Positions 27,479-37,484 of a stretch of DNA of 64,000 bases are shown piece after piece. Every line of letters starts with the position of its first letter. Position 1 is the first letter of the stretch. Under the pieces are notes generated by a model. That model was not told the DNA's origin. It saw nothing but the letters and a program-made list of their open reading frames with translations, and ran no database searches. The stretch is from Candidatus Kaiserbacteria bacterium (lineage in GTDB: Bacteria; Patescibacteriota; Minisyncoccia; Phycocordibacterales; UBA2100). Position numbers and translations under genes: made by a program. Location: the NCBI GenBank assembly GCA_016186765.1, contig JACPLD010000001.1, positions 42,560 to 106,559 on the forward strand, written 5' to 3'.

Positions 27479-28018
27479 ATGGCTCGCGTACTCCGCAGGA
27501 ACTTTTTTGAGCGGCGGCCGCAAACTGTCGCCCGTGAGCTTCTTGGTAAGTTCCTCGTCCGCAGGGTGGGCGGCAAGACGCGCGCGTACGTGATTACGGA
27601 AACGGAAGCCTACGATGGGACGCATGATCTCGCATGCCATGCCTCGAAGGGGCGAACCAGGCGCACGGAGGTCATGTTCGGCCCTGCGGGCTACTGGTAC
27701 GTTTATTTCGTCTACGGCATGTACGACATGCTCAACATCGTGACCGGACTGAAAGGCTACCCGTCGGCGGTTCTCATCCGCGCGTGTCAAGGTAAGACCT
27801 TGACATTGGATGGGCCGGGAAAGCTTACGCGCGAGCTTGGCATTACGCACATGATGAACGGAAAACCGGCTGTGAAATCATCAGGATTGTGGGTTGAAGA
27901 TCGTGGAGTTGAGATCAAGCTGGGAGATATAAAACGAACTCCCCGAATAGGTGTTGCCTACGCGGGGAGTTATGCCGACAAACTATGGAGGTTCGTTCTT
28001 CACAAGAGGAGAAATTGA
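27479..28018 (+). CDS. mpg: DNA-3-methyladenine glycosylase (Mpg/AAG family)
   Basis: FFERRPQTVARELLGKFLV..AYVITETEAYDG..DLACHASKGRT..MFGPAGYWYVYFVYGMYDMLNIV matches the MPG family. Confidence 0.8.
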   Translation: MARVLRRNFFERRPQTVARELLGKFLVRRVGGKTRAYVITETEAYDGTHDLACHASKGRTRRTEVMFGPAGYWYVYFVYGMYDMLNIVTGLKGYPSAVLIRACQGKTLTLDGPGKLTRELGITHMMNGKPAVKSSGLWVEDRGVEIKLGDIKRTPRIGVAYAGSYADKLWRFVLHKRRN

Positions 28019-28410
28019 CCCTTATGCTTCGGATCCTCCGGATGCTCCGTCGGCTTCGGCTTCGGCGGTACTTCACGACCTGCCGCTCGCTTGCGTGCGT
28101 CCGCGCCGCGCTTCTGTACACTGCGGTCGCTCAGGATTTTCATGACGGCACCTTTATACGCTTCAATCTTGGGTGCGCGTTCCTTGTCCTTGAGCGGAAT
28201 TGCTTCACGGACCACAGTCGCCGCAAGGAAGGGGAGAATCGTTTTCGGACTTCGACGCTCCAGCGTCGTGTTGACGAGAACACGAAGCATGTCTCGATCG
28301 ACATCCTTCGCATATTCCTTTCTTGCATACGCAACACCTACGTCAAGCTCGTAATCGCTTACGGGCTCGAAGCCAACCTCCTCTGTTTCGAGGACAGGTC
28401 TCTGGGCCAT
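28000..28410 (-). CDS. hypothetical protein
   Basis: 136-aa ORF convergent with mpg (overlapping 3' ends by 19 nt); charged, no family recognised. Confidence 0.35.
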   Translation of the reverse strand: MAQRPVLETEEVGFEPVSDYELDVGVAYARKEYAKDVDRDMLRVLVNTTLERRSPKTILPFLAATVVREAIPLKDKERAPKIEAYKGAVMKILSDRSVQKRGADARKRAAGREVPPKPKPTEHPEDPKHKGQFLLL

Positions 28411-28507
28411 TTGACACTCCTTGGATTCGAGTTGTCGGAAACACCGTACTACGCTCCCAGTATTTTGCCATCAAAATAGTCTCTTGTAAAGTTACGTTTA
28501 TTTAGCT

Positions 28508-28981
28508 CTAAGAAGTAAGAAGCTTTTGTACTACCTCTTTCACATCGTTGCCGTCGGCGCGGCCGGCGAATTCTTTCATCACGGCGCCAGTGAGCTTGCC
28601 CGCCTTCGCCGAGACTTCGGCGGGCGAGCCTGCTTCCATACCGAGTTCCTGCATTTTCTGGCGAGCGACTTCCTCGATTTCTTCGCGGCTCGCCATCTGA
28701 GGCAGATACTCCTCAATTATTTTCAGTTCTTTATTTTCTTTCTCGGCAAGCTCCGCGCGGCCGCCCTTTTCATACACCTCGGCGGCTTCCTTGCGCTGCT
28801 TCGCGAGACGCTTGAGGACAGCAACTGCGTCGGCATCAGATATTTCCTCCGTTGGTTTTCGTCCTTTGGCTACGAGCTCGTTTACGAACGCCGCGAGCGC
28901 GCCGCGCAGCGTCTGCACGCGAAGATCGTCCCTCGCTTTCATTGCGGCCGTCATGTCGGCGCGGATTTTTTGCGCAAGCAT
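28508..28981 (-). CDS. GatB/YqeY domain-containing protein
   Basis: MLAQKIRADMTAAMKARDDLRVQTLRGALAAF..; size ~157 aa typical of YqeY. Confidence 0.75.
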   Translation of the reverse strand: MLAQKIRADMTAAMKARDDLRVQTLRGALAAFVNELVAKGRKPTEEISDADAVAVLKRLAKQRKEAAEVYEKGGRAELAEKENKELKIIEEYLPQMASREEIEEVARQKMQELGMEAGSPAEVSAKAGKLTGAVMKEFAGRADGNDVKEVVQKLLTS

Positions 28982-29015
28982 GGTGCGAGTATAACACGGG
29001 TGCTAGAATCGCCGC

Positions 29016-30092
29016 ATGGATTGGCTCATTATCGTACTCTTGTTTGCGGTACTCAGCGCTCTTCTGTATCTGCTTTGGGGTAGAAACCAGACACAGGATA
29101 CACAGGGGATGCTCTTGCTTCAGCAGAGGATTCAGGAGCTTGAGAAGACGCTCGAAAACAAGCTTGGAGAGGGAACAACGAGAATGTTCGAGAGCATGCG
29201 CGCGCAGTTCGAGCAATCTCAACGACTCGTTACCGACACCCGTGATCTCGTGCATCGGCAACTCTCCGAAGTGGTTCGCGGTGTAGCCGAGACGAAGGAG
29301 TCCACAAAACAGGTCTTTACTATCGCCGAGCAGCTCCAGAATCTCGAAAAAGTGCTTACGCATCAAAAGCAACGAGGGAATCTCGGCGAGGCATCGCTCG
29401 AACTCGTCCTTTCGAACATCCTTCCGCCCGGAACGTACAAAATGCAGCATGAGTTTCCCGGAGGAGAGACGGTAGATGCAATCATACAGACGAAAGAGGG
29501 CATCATACCGATAGATGCGAAATTCTCCCTCGACAACTACAATCGGCTCGTAAACGCAGTCGACGACAGACAACGCGAAGAACTGGAGAAGCTGTTCAAG
29601 AATGACCTCAAGCTACGCATCGATGAATGCGCAAAATATGTGCGGCCGAAGGACGGGACGCTTCCGTTCGCATTCATGTACATCCCGGCGGAGGCGATTT
29701 ATTACGACCTTCTCGTGAACGAGGTGGGTGCGGTGAAAGTGAACACGAGAAACCTCATCGATTACGCATACAACGAGAAAAGGGTCATTATCGTCTCGCC
29801 AACCACCTTTGCCGCCTACCTTCAGTCGGTCCTGTACGGATTCAAAGCGTTCAAGATCGAAGAGACAGCAAAAGACATCGCGAAGAACGTTGAGAATCTC
29901 TCGCGACATCTCAAAGCCTATGAGGATTACTACAAGCGCCTTGGGAACTCGCTTTCAACGACAGTCGGCCACTACAACGCAGGCTCTAAAGAACTCGGTA
30001 AGATAGATAAAGACGTGCTTCGCATTACGGGTACCTCTGTGGAGCTTGAGTCGCCTCTTCTTGAGAAACCTTCTCTTGCGATTGATGAATAG
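29016..30092 (+). CDS. rmuC: DNA recombination protein RmuC
   Basis: N-terminal TM, coiled coil, conserved RmuC C-terminal region (FAFMYIPAEAIYYDLL..VIIVSPTTFAAYLQSV). Confidence 0.8.
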   Translation: MDWLIIVLLFAVLSALLYLLWGRNQTQDTQGMLLLQQRIQELEKTLENKLGEGTTRMFESMRAQFEQSQRLVTDTRDLVHRQLSEVVRGVAETKESTKQVFTIAEQLQNLEKVLTHQKQRGNLGEASLELVLSNILPPGTYKMQHEFPGGETVDAIIQTKEGIIPIDAKFSLDNYNRLVNAVDDRQREELEKLFKNDLKLRIDECAKYVRPKDGTLPFAFMYIPAEAIYYDLLVNEVGAVKVNTRNLIDYAYNEKRVIIVSPTTFAAYLQSVLYGFKAFKIEETAKDIAKNVENLSRHLKAYEDYYKRLGNSLSTTVGHYNAGSKELGKIDKDVLRITGTSVELESPLLEKPSLAIDE

Positions 30093-30114
30093 ACACGGTA
30101 TAGTGCCGCGACTT

Positions 30115-30432
30115 ATGGCAAAGATCGCCATCATCGAGACGGGCGGGAAGCAGTATGTTGTCACAAAGGACAGCGTTTTGAGCGTCGAGAAACTCGATGT
30201 TTCAGAAAAAGGGGATAAAGTCACGTTTGATAAAGTTTTGCTCACTGACGACGGGAGCGAGACGAAAGTTGGTTCGCCCTACATCAGTGGCGCAAAGGTC
30301 TCCGCAGAACTCATCGAAGCAGGCAAAGGTGACAAGGTGACCGTCATTCGCTACCGCCAGAAGAGTCGACATTTCGTAAAGAAGGGACACCGCCAACCGT
30401 ACGCGAAAGTGCGCATTACTGGCTTGCCCTGA
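30115..30432 (+). CDS. rplU: 50S ribosomal protein L21
   Basis: MAKIAIIETGGKQYVVTKDSVLSVEKL..VIRYRQKSRHFVKKGHRQPYAKVRI. Confidence 0.9.
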   Translation: MAKIAIIETGGKQYVVTKDSVLSVEKLDVSEKGDKVTFDKVLLTDDGSETKVGSPYISGAKVSAELIEAGKGDKVTVIRYRQKSRHFVKKGHRQPYAKVRITGLP

Positions 30433-30454
30433 GCGCAGTCGAAAGGGCGCTGCC

Positions 30455-31048
30455 CTAGCGCCTGCTTTCGAGCGCGCTCTTGAGGGTCTCCGCGTCCGCA
30501 TACTCAAGTTCGCTCCCGGTTGAAAGGCCGCGGCCCAGCGATGTAACAGTGAGTTTAAATGGACTAATTTCTTCCCGAAGCCGGACAGCTGTTGCATCAC
30601 CTTCAGGGTTGGCAGGGAAGGCGAGGATGACCTCCTTTAATCCATTTTTGGTGCGAGAGGGAAGCGAATCGAGTAGCTGTTTGATGCGCAGTCCGTTAGT
30701 TTTCTCCGACGCGAGCGAGATCGTGCCGCCTAAGACGAAATAGCTGCCTTTGTAGGTGCCGCTCTTTTCGAGCGCTGTAAGATCCGCGTTGGAGGCGACG
30801 ATCGCGAGGTGCTGCGTATCGCGCTGTGTATCCGAACAAATCGAACAGACCTTTGTTTTTGCCGAGTGGTAGCGCATGCATTCCGGGCATTGACGGACGT
30901 TCGTACCGAGAGAACGGGTTGAGTCGATAAGTTCGCGCCGAAGGGAGGGTGAGGCGCGCAGAAGGAATTGCACGAATCGCTGCGCCTGCCGAGGGCCGAT
31001 ACCGGGGAATTTCTCAAAGAGGGAAGTCAACCGCTCGATTGCATCCAT
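30455..31048 (-). CDS. recR: recombination protein RecR
   Basis: LTSLFEKFPGIGPRQAQR (HhH), C4 zinc finger CPECMRYHSAKTKVCSIC, Toprim region. Confidence 0.9.
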   Translation of the reverse strand: MDAIERLTSLFEKFPGIGPRQAQRFVQFLLRASPSLRRELIDSTRSLGTNVRQCPECMRYHSAKTKVCSICSDTQRDTQHLAIVASNADLTALEKSGTYKGSYFVLGGTISLASEKTNGLRIKQLLDSLPSRTKNGLKEVILAFPANPEGDATAVRLREEISPFKLTVTSLGRGLSTGSELEYADAETLKSALESRR

Positions 31049-31060
31049 ACGTTAGTTGTT

Positions 31061-31138
31061 AGCCAATAGGGTATAGCCAATAGGAAAACATGAAAAACAT
31101 CCCAATCACTATACCCTAAACCCTAGTGGCTAGTGGCT
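31061..31138. promoter_or_regulatory. family-1 inverted-repeat promoter module upstream of recR (arms AGCCAATAGGGTATAGCCAATAGG / TATACCCTAAACCCTAGTGGCTAGTGGCT)
   Basis: Read directly; occupies the recR-dnaB intergenic gap; in the recR sense it reads AGCCACTAGCCACTAGGGTTTAGGGTATAGTG then CCTATTGGCTATACCCTATTGGCTAA before the ATG. Confidence 0.5.
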
Positions 31139-31141
31139 GAT

Positions 31142-32524
31142 TTAAAACGGTGCTTCCTGCTCCACTTCCGCCTCCGGCGTAAAGTCGCCGAAGTCACTCT
31201 TGTCGATGGAGAGGAAGGTCGTACGCTGCTCGTCGAAGCGAAGCTCGATCCTCCCGGTAGGACCGTTCCGATGTTTTTCTACCAAAATCTCGGCGATGCC
31301 GGGACGGTCGGAATTTTCGTTCATTTTGTCGTCGCGGTGAATGAACATTACGACATCGGAGTCCTGCTCGAGGGAACCCGAGTCGCGAAGGTCTGAAAGA
31401 CGCGGCCGCCCGCGCCGCTGCTCGACGGCGCGCGAAAGCTGTGAGAGCGCAAGCACTGGCACATCGAGCTCTCGCGCCATCGCCTTAAGCGAGCGCGAAA
31501 TTTCTGTGACCTGCTGCACCATCGAGTCGCTGACTCGTGTGTACGAGGGTGTGATGAGCTGGAGATAATCGATGATGACAAGGCCGAGGTCCCGTTCCAC
31601 CTTGAGGCGGCGTGCCACCGAGCGCATCTGCAGGACGGTCGAGGAGGGCTTGTCGTCGATGTAGATCGGGGCCTCTGAAAGTACGCTCAAGCCCGCCTGA
31701 AGACGTCCGAATTCCTCGTCGCTCCTAATTTTTCCCGTGCGCAACTTCCACGAATCGACGCCGGCTTGCGCCGCAAGCATGCGATCGACGAGCTGCTGCG
31801 AACTCATTTCGAGACTAAAGATCCCAACCGATGTGCCGTGCTTCGTTGCCGTCTTTCGCGCGATGTCGAGGGCAAGTGCGGTCTTTCCCATGGAAGGGCG
31901 TGCCGCGAGGAGAATGAGATCGGACTTCTGCAAGCCAGCGAGAAGATTGTCGAGCTGCGTGAAGCCAGTAGGAATGCCGCGCAAAGTTGCTTCGTGCTTC
32001 TGCAGATGCTCGAGCCGCTCCCACGCTTCGGTGAGCTCGTCTTTGATCGCGCGGAACGAGCGGAGCATCGGTGTTTGCGAGACGCTGAAGACGGCCGACT
32101 GCGCCTCGTCGAGCGTCGTTGCAATGTCCTTATCTTCCTCGAAGCCGAGCTCATGGATTTTCGCAGCTGCATCGATGAGGCTACGCAACACGAACTTCGT
32201 CTGCACGACCTCGGCATAGTGGCGGGCGCTTCCGGGTGAGGCAGCGGCAGAAACGAGCTCGGAAAGGTAGGCTGCGCCGCCGATCTCCCCGAGAAGTTTG
32301 CGCTGCTTGAGCTTACCCGAGACTGTCACCACGTCGATGGGCTCGCCCTTGCTGTGTAGGCTAAGCATCGCATCGTAGATGGTGCGGTGCTTGCCCACGT
32401 AGAAGGAGTCAACACCGACGACGTCGGCGACTTCGTACATCGCGTTTTGGTTTAGCATGAGTGCGCCAAGCAGCGCACGCTCGGTTTCGGTGTCTTGCGG
32501 CGGGACGCGCAAAGGCTTGTTCAT
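31142..32524 (-). CDS. dnaB: replicative DNA helicase DnaB
   Basis: N-terminal DnaB domain (PPQDTETERALLGALMLN), RecA-like core with Walker A (ARPSMGKTALAL), 460 aa, no intein. Confidence 0.9.
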   Translation of the reverse strand: MNKPLRVPPQDTETERALLGALMLNQNAMYEVADVVGVDSFYVGKHRTIYDAMLSLHSKGEPIDVVTVSGKLKQRKLLGEIGGAAYLSELVSAAASPGSARHYAEVVQTKFVLRSLIDAAAKIHELGFEEDKDIATTLDEAQSAVFSVSQTPMLRSFRAIKDELTEAWERLEHLQKHEATLRGIPTGFTQLDNLLAGLQKSDLILLAARPSMGKTALALDIARKTATKHGTSVGIFSLEMSSQQLVDRMLAAQAGVDSWKLRTGKIRSDEEFGRLQAGLSVLSEAPIYIDDKPSSTVLQMRSVARRLKVERDLGLVIIDYLQLITPSYTRVSDSMVQQVTEISRSLKAMARELDVPVLALSQLSRAVEQRRGRPRLSDLRDSGSLEQDSDVVMFIHRDDKMNENSDRPGIAEILVEKHRNGPTGRIELRFDEQRTTFLSIDKSDFGDFTPEAEVEQEAPF

Positions 32525-32589
32525 GAGAGCATCGTACCACGCGTATTTTCCGCTGCTCGTTCACCGATGGAGGCAGCTTTGTTCCTTTT

Positions 32590-33702
32590 GTGTGGAAAAG
32601 GGTTGTGGACTTGACCAGTTGTGTTGCTTTTGATACAACGTATGCCACACTATCACGGATAGTCAAATGCGCTGTATTTATGCTATCTTTTGCCCCGAAA
32701 ACGGTCACCAAAGAATTGCTCGCAGGTCTTCCTGAGCGCTCGCGGAAAGTTCTCATTGATCGTTACGGCCTTTCTCCAAAAGGAGAGCGACGCACACTAG
32801 ATGCTATCGGGAAGGAGTATGGCATTACTCGCGAGCGTATTCGGCAGATCGAGAACCACAGCCTTTCGGTGGTGCGGGAATCAGAGAGCTATGCGGCGCA
32901 GGTGGTCGCGCTGGAGGACCTGAAACGCGCGCTGCATACGCTCGGCGGCATCATTGCCGAGCAAACGATTCTTGAGCACGTCCCAAAGGGCGAGTCTGAC
33001 CACAATCACGTCATTTTCCTCCTCACGGTCGGCCATCATTTCGCCGACCGTCGCGAAGACGCAAATTTCAAAGCGCGATGGCACGTCGACGAGCAGCTCG
33101 CCGAGGCAGTTGAGCGCGCACTCTCCGCTCTCTACGAATCGATCGAAACGAGCCGCCTCATGCCTGAGGAAGAATTCGTCGAATTCTTCGCAAAGCACCT
33201 GCGCGAACAGGGAATAAAGAACCGCTCCCCGGAGGTGATGCTCCGCTGGCTTTCGATATCGAAGCGCATAGGAAAGAACCCGCTCGGCGAGTGGGGCAGG
33301 ATCGAATCGCCACACGTGCGCATCAAGAATACGCGCGACTTTGCCTATCTGACGTTGAAGCGGCACGGCTCTCCGATGCACTTCACCGAGGTCGCGAAGA
33401 GTGTTGAGAAGCTCTTCAACCGTCCTGCGCATCCTGCGACGACCCACAACGAACTCATCAAGGACAACCGATTCGTTCTGGTCGGCCGCGGCCTCTATGC
33501 GCTTCGGGAGTGGGGCTACGAGCCCGGTGTAGTGCGCGATGTTATCAAAGGAATCCTCGCCCGCGACGGCGCACTCTCGCGCGAAGAAATTGTTGAGCGG
33601 GTGAAACGCGAGCGCTACGTGAAGGATGCAACGATCGCCGTAAATCTCCAGAATCCGATGTTTGTACGACTTCCCGACGGCAAATACACACTTTCAAAGT
33701 AA
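32590..33702 (+). CDS. putative transcription regulator with an N-terminal sigma-70 region-4-like HTH and a C-terminal HARE-HTH-like domain
   Basis: LLAGLPERSRKVLIDRYGL..RTLDAIGKEYGITRERIRQIE resembles sigma region 4; the C-terminal FTEVAKSVEKLF..LVGRGLYALREWGY resembles HARE-HTH; the true start may be the internal Met at 32680. Confidence 0.45.
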   Translation: MWKRVVDLTSCVAFDTTYATLSRIVKCAVFMLSFAPKTVTKELLAGLPERSRKVLIDRYGLSPKGERRTLDAIGKEYGITRERIRQIENHSLSVVRESESYAAQVVALEDLKRALHTLGGIIAEQTILEHVPKGESDHNHVIFLLTVGHHFADRREDANFKARWHVDEQLAEAVERALSALYESIETSRLMPEEEFVEFFAKHLREQGIKNRSPEVMLRWLSISKRIGKNPLGEWGRIESPHVRIKNTRDFAYLTLKRHGSPMHFTEVAKSVEKLFNRPAHPATTHNELIKDNRFVLVGRGLYALREWGYEPGVVRDVIKGILARDGALSREEIVERVKRERYVKDATIAVNLQNPMFVRLPDGKYTLSK

Positions 33703-33764
33703 TGACCAAATTCCAAGAGACAATAACCAAAGGAACTCTTTCCGTGTTTTCCTCATTTTGGTGA

Positions 33765-35249
33765 TTGTTTCTTGAGTTTTGGAGCTTCCTCAATGATAGT
33801 ATTGAGGTCATGGCTTTTCAAATTCCTGGCGTCGGGGAGGAGCGAGAGCGACAGCAGCAGTGGGGACTTGGCTCGCATGTCCTGCGCGGTATCGTTGCCG
33901 AGATAGTCAGCCTCGATCTAAAGGTATTCGTCGAAGGAACGATCGGTAACCTCCTCGGCATCTCGCGCGGCACCTTCCTCACTTCGATTTTTATCGGACT
34001 CCTCTTATCGCTCTGGGGCTTGATCCCGAATCTTCCGTTCTTCATCTTCGCGTGGGTAGTGGGGACTATGCCGATCTGGATCTTGCCTGCAGCAGTAGGT
34101 GGCGCTTGGAAGGCCTGGATCTGGTACGTGCAGGCATACTTTATTACTCGCCGAGAGCCCTTACTCCTTGAAGTAAAAATGCCTCGCGAGCTCGTCAAAT
34201 CTCCTCGCGGGATGGAGCTCGCGCTTGCACAGCTGTGGATACTCTCTGGCGAGACGACGTATTTCCACCGTAAGTGGCTCGGCCAGGTGCGTCCCGTCTT
34301 CTCTTTCGAGATCGTGAGCTTCGGCGGCGATGTTCGCTTTTACATCTGGCTGTGGAAAGCGTACCGGAAGGTCGTCGAATCGGCCATCTATGCGCAGTAC
34401 CCTGAAGTAGAAATCGTCGAGGCGGAGGACTACGCGATGAAGTACGTCTACGATCCTTCGAAACACGCGGTATTCTGCACCGACTACCGCTACGAACCAC
34501 GCAATGACGCCTATCCAATAAAGACCTACATCGAGTTCGAGCTCGATGAGGATCCGAAGGAAGAATATAAGGTTGACCCGCTCGCACAGGTGATCGAGCG
34601 CCTAAGCTCACTCGGGCCCGACGAGCAGATCTGGCTTCAGATTGTTATCTCGTTGGACAACGAACAGAGACGGAAGCCGGGGGGACGATATTGGGAGACG
34701 GAACCCCGCTTCCGAGGTATTGCGGAGGCAGAAGTCGACAAGCTCCGCAAGTCGATCATAGGAGATTTTGAGAAGCCGGGGCAGGAATGGAGACGCTACT
34801 CGCGCGTGGCACTGTATCGCGTTACCGAACAGATCAAAGCGATCGAGCGCAATATGGGTAAACATCCCTACCACGTCGGGATGCGCGGAGTATGGATCTC
34901 GAATCCGGAGAATTTTGGCCCGCAAGGCTTTAACAGCATGCGTTGGATCTGGCTTCCCATGGGGAATCCGCAATACCTGAATCAAATGCGTCCACGTCGC
35001 TGGCACACACCCTTCGACTATCCTTACCAGGATCTCTGGGACTTTCGTTGGAACCTTCACGCCGAGCGTTTTTTTGATTGCTACCGCAGACGCGCGCACT
35101 TCTATGCGCCGTACACGCTTCCCGACAATGTTATGTCGACGGAAGTTATAGCAACATTCTGGCATCCCATCTCGACAGCGATCGCATCGCCCGGCGTGCA
35201 GCGAATTCCGGCGAAGAAAGCGCAGCCGCCACCGAATTTGCCAAAGTAA
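33765..35249 (+). CDS. hypothetical membrane protein (N-terminal TM helices plus a large Trp/Tyr/Arg-rich soluble domain)
   Basis: Long ORF, hydrophobic N-terminal third, no recognisable domain. Confidence 0.5.
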   Translation: MFLEFWSFLNDSIEVMAFQIPGVGEERERQQQWGLGSHVLRGIVAEIVSLDLKVFVEGTIGNLLGISRGTFLTSIFIGLLLSLWGLIPNLPFFIFAWVVGTMPIWILPAAVGGAWKAWIWYVQAYFITRREPLLLEVKMPRELVKSPRGMELALAQLWILSGETTYFHRKWLGQVRPVFSFEIVSFGGDVRFYIWLWKAYRKVVESAIYAQYPEVEIVEAEDYAMKYVYDPSKHAVFCTDYRYEPRNDAYPIKTYIEFELDEDPKEEYKVDPLAQVIERLSSLGPDEQIWLQIVISLDNEQRRKPGGRYWETEPRFRGIAEAEVDKLRKSIIGDFEKPGQEWRRYSRVALYRVTEQIKAIERNMGKHPYHVGMRGVWISNPENFGPQGFNSMRWIWLPMGNPQYLNQMRPRRWHTPFDYPYQDLWDFRWNLHAERFFDCYRRRAHFYAPYTLPDNVMSTEVIATFWHPISTAIASPGVQRIPAKKAQPPPNLPK

Positions 35250-35252
35250 GTT

Positions 35253-35302
35253 AGCCACTAGCCATTAGGGTTTAGGGTATAGTGTATTTCACTAGTGGCT
35301 AA
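35253..35302. promoter_or_regulatory. family-1 promoter module upstream of mltG (AGCCACTAGCCATTAGGGTTTAGGGTATAGTG ... CACTAGTGGCTAA), with a -10-like TATAGT 28 nt before the ATG
   Basis: Read directly. Confidence 0.5.
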
Positions 35303-35310
35303 TTATCTTC

Positions 35311-36345
35311 ATGCAGTCTTTCAAGGAATCTCTCGAGCACTTCTTCGATCGAAGCAGCGCCTCCCTCCTACACATCTCCGAGCGGTGGCGGGTCCACGCG
35401 AATCGCCGCACGCTGCTTGCCCTCATCTTCGGAGGTACGATCGTGCTCACGCTCTACATTGGTGTGGTGCAGCCGCCGGAGAGGTTTCCTGTCGATACGC
35501 TCGTGACGATCCCGCAGGGAGCTACGCTTTCGGAAACAGCCGAATCGTTCCAAAGAGAAGGAGTTGTCCGCTCCAGCGTCGCGCTAAAATTTCTCCTCAC
35601 GCTTTCGGGAAAACAGGACGAGATACATGCGGGCGACTACCTGTTCAAGGAGCCAAAGAACATGTTCGTTGTTGCGCGCGCGATCGTTATTGGCGCCTAC
35701 GGTCTTGAGCCCACGCGCATCCGCGTTCCAGAGGGTGCGACAACCGCGAAGATGGCAAGAATCTTTGGATCGCAACTTCAGCGATTCGACGAAGAACGCT
35801 TTCTCAAGAACGCCCAGCCGCAGGAAGGGTACCTCTTTCCCGACACGTACTTCTTTCTTCCCAACGCAACCGACGAGCTTGTTCTCCTGACGATGCGACA
35901 GAATTTCGACGCGCACGTAGCGACGATCCAAGGAGTGCTCGAAACCTTCGGGAAACCGCTCAACGACATTGTCATCATGGCGTCGCTCCTCGAACGAGAA
36001 GCCGAGAACACAGAGGATCGCCGCAAGATCGCCGGTGTCTTGTGGAACCGCCTCGATCGCGACATGCTTTTGCAGGTCGACGCTGCCTTTATTTACACGC
36101 TCGGAAAGGGAAGTTTCGAGCTAACGATTGAAGACCTTTCGAGCGACGATCCATACAACACGTACGTGTATAAGGGGCTACCGCCTGGTGCAATCGGCTC
36201 GCCCTCGCTCGATTCCTTGCTTGCCGCCGTGACGCCGGTCGAGCACAACTACTTGTACTATCTCGCCGATCGGAACCATGTCACGCACTACTCGAAAACG
36301 TACCAAGAACATCTGCGGAAGAAGAGGTTGTATTTGGGATCGTAA
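35311..36345 (+). CDS. mltG: endolytic murein transglycosylase MltG (YceG-like)
   Basis: N-terminal TM segment, then YceG domain motifs (LLEREAENTEDRRKIAGVLWNRL, DDPYNTYVYKGLPPGAIGSP). Confidence 0.8.
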   Translation: MQSFKESLEHFFDRSSASLLHISERWRVHANRRTLLALIFGGTIVLTLYIGVVQPPERFPVDTLVTIPQGATLSETAESFQREGVVRSSVALKFLLTLSGKQDEIHAGDYLFKEPKNMFVVARAIVIGAYGLEPTRIRVPEGATTAKMARIFGSQLQRFDEERFLKNAQPQEGYLFPDTYFFLPNATDELVLLTMRQNFDAHVATIQGVLETFGKPLNDIVIMASLLEREAENTEDRRKIAGVLWNRLDRDMLLQVDAAFIYTLGKGSFELTIEDLSSDDPYNTYVYKGLPPGAIGSPSLDSLLAAVTPVEHNYLYYLADRNHVTHYSKTYQEHLRKKRLYLGS

Positions 36346-36422
36346 AAGACACAAGAGACAAGATACAATAACCAAACTAGTTTGGAGCTTGTTTCTTGGT
36401 GTTTGGTTATTACACTGTGCCG

Positions 36423-37475
36423 ATGGCAACAGTGTTTGTAGGACTTTCGGGTGGCGTCGATAGCGCGGTTGCGGCCGCGATTCTCAAACAGCAAGGCCAC
36501 GATGTCACTGGCGTGTTCATAAAAATTTGGCAACCCGAATTTATCGAGTGCACCTGGCGAGAAGATAGACTCGACGCGATGCGGGTAGCCGCCACTCTCG
36601 GCATCCCACTGCGCGAAGTGGACTTCTCCGAAGAATATAAACGGGAAGTCGTGGAAAACATGATCGCAGATTATGCGCGAGGCATCACACCGAACCCCGA
36701 CGTCGTTTGCAATCGTGCGATCAAATTCGGGCAATTCGCCATGTGGGCTCGTGAGAATGGTGCCGAGTACGTGGCAACGGGGCACTACGCCCGCCTACGC
36801 CAAGGCTCCGGCGGGCAAGCCCGCGTGGAATTGTTGCGAGGTGCAGATAGAAACAAAGACCAGTCGTACTTTCTCTACGTGCTAACGCAGGAGAATCTCA
36901 CGCGCACCTTATTTCCTATCGGCGAGCTCACGAAGCATCAGGTGCGCTCGCTCGCAAAAAAGTTCAGATTGCCAAATGCCGAGAAGCCTGACAGTCAGGG
37001 CATTTGCTTTCTCGGAGATGTCACGATGGACGAATTTCTTGCCCGATTCATTCCGCTTGAGCGAGGGGTTGTGCTCGACATGACAGGTACCATAATCGGG
37101 GAGCACCAGGGTGCCGCGCTCTACACGGTAGGGCAGCGGCATGGGTTTATGGCTCGAAGTTCGGAGGAAAAGGCAAGAGAGCACTACGTTGTTGCAACTG
37201 ACACTCGCGCAAATACCGTCACCGTATCTCCGAATCGATCCGATGCCGCGCGCAAGGAGGTAGCTTTGGAGCACGTGTACTGGATAGAGCCGCAGCAACT
37301 CCCGCTTACGGCGGATGCACAGGCACGATATCGAGAAGCACCGGTTCGAGTACGTGTCGAAGAAAGAGCCGAAAAAATGAGCGCTATTTTTTTCGAACCC
37401 CACATTGCAGCGCCGGGTCAGTCACTTGTCCTCTACGAAGGAGAGCGCTGTCTCGGAGGCGGAATCATTTGCTAG
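36423..37475 (+). CDS. mnmA: tRNA-specific 2-thiouridylase MnmA
   Basis: VFVGLSGGVDSAVAA PP-loop and the conserved MnmA body (NPDVVCNRAIKFG, YVATGHYARL). Confidence 0.85.
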   Translation: MATVFVGLSGGVDSAVAAAILKQQGHDVTGVFIKIWQPEFIECTWREDRLDAMRVAATLGIPLREVDFSEEYKREVVENMIADYARGITPNPDVVCNRAIKFGQFAMWARENGAEYVATGHYARLRQGSGGQARVELLRGADRNKDQSYFLYVLTQENLTRTLFPIGELTKHQVRSLAKKFRLPNAEKPDSQGICFLGDVTMDEFLARFIPLERGVVLDMTGTIIGEHQGAALYTVGQRHGFMARSSEEKAREHYVVATDTRANTVTVSPNRSDAARKEVALEHVYWIEPQQLPLTADAQARYREAPVRVRVEERAEKMSAIFFEPHIAAPGQSLVLYEGERCLGGGIIC

Positions 37476-37484
37476 AATGTATCC

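Noticed and set aside
28508-28981. GatB subunit of the amidotransferase
   Set aside because: Only the ~150-aa GatB/YqeY C-terminal-like domain is present, so it is annotated as a YqeY-type protein rather than gatB
28836-29573. 245-aa minus-strand ORF overlapping rmuC and the GatB/YqeY gene
   Set aside because: Antisense to two well-supported genes
34608-35258. 216-aa minus-strand ORF inside the 33765..35249 gene
   Set aside because: Antisense; the Arg-rich translation is typical of an out-of-frame reading of GC-rich DNA
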